Made by a program: the position numbers and the translations under genes. This document shows positions 63,508 to 64,000 of a stretch of DNA of 64,000 nucleotides, piece after piece. The notes beneath the pieces are model-generated. The model did no database searches and was not told the origin of the DNA. It saw only the letters and a list, made by a program, of their open reading frames with translations. Origin of the DNA: Hydrolagus affinis. Taxonomy: Eukaryota. The stretch is from the NCBI GenBank assembly GCA_012026655.1, contig JAAILG010000198.1, positions 62,001-126,000 of the forward strand. Direction: 5' to 3'. Position 1 is the stretch's first letter, and every line of letters starts with the position of its first letter.

Positions 63508-64000
63508 CGAATGATCTAACGGGACGGGAGATAGGGGGAGGAATTCAAGAAGTCTTACAACACTTGTAAGGGAATCTTAAACAGAGAAATGGAGCAGGCA
63601 ACTCATTGTTGTAAGAGGATGTAAGGAGAATCCTTCCGATTCCCGACAGAGGACAAGAAAATCAGAGACAAGTCCCACCCCCCAGGGTGCTCTCTCACAC
63701 CTCCTTGTGGTCAGTTGTTGTCTGCACCAAGATACAGCTGGCGACAGGATATTTGTCTAATTGTGACTGATATGTAATGTGTGTTGGGGGTTGAGGAAGG
63801 GGATTGAGGAGAGAAGAGAGGAGAAAAGAGACGATAAAGAAGAGAGAACTCATGGAAAAATACACGCAAAAGACTGTGTCGCAACGGTGGTTTTCAAGAA
63901 AGGCTGACATGCAGGCATCGCAAAAGGGCAGTGCAATTATTTTTCAGCAAATTTCAGAAACATTAATTATAAATTAACAGTGAACGGCAGCTCCATCATA

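Larger units (their letters stand above)
12915..64000 (-). other. ZFHX3: ZFHX3 (ATBF1) gene, 3' portion; the 5' exons lie beyond the window
   Basis: Six phase-compatible exons join into one open frame with multiple C2H2 fingers and four homeodomains. ZFHX3-type segments recognised from memory include [28 protein letters not shown] and terminal DTFRL. The 3' end is estimated from a polyA signal. Confidence 0.93.

Noticed and set aside
1-64000. CRISPR arrays, prokaryotic operons or defence systems
   Set aside because: This is eukaryotic intron-exon DNA. The repeats are dispersed retroposons, with no regularly spaced repeat-spacer structure.

Overview
Vertebrate genomic DNA, most likely from a cartilaginous fish. 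That assignment is inferred from the repeat landscape (DeuSINE-type SINEs, L2, CR1, a shark-type Penelope terminal fragment). The window holds the 3' part of ZFHX3 (ATBF1) on the minus strand. Six coding exons were resolved with GT-AG sites and consistent phases: 58105-57998, 37374-37247, 36342-36142, 29010-28884, 26925-21511 and 19160-17524. They total 7,616 nt (about 2,540 codons) and encode C2H2 fingers, four homeodomains and the C-terminus ...[10 protein letters not shown] probable ~4.6 kb 3'UTR follows; the upstream exons lie beyond the right edge. The rest is intron or downstream DNA with more than 20 SINE copies or tails, L2 and CR1 fragments, one MITE and several candidate regulatory blocks. 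Nearly all short ORFs in the track are spurious. I see no convincing wholly new gene system. The best leads are: a hammerhead-ribozyme relic in sense orientation within a ZFHX3 intron; absence of the poly-Gly tract whose expansion causes human SCA4; a 7-nt-spaced tandem E-box; and inverted SINE tails bracketing a frame-preserving two-zinc-finger exon.
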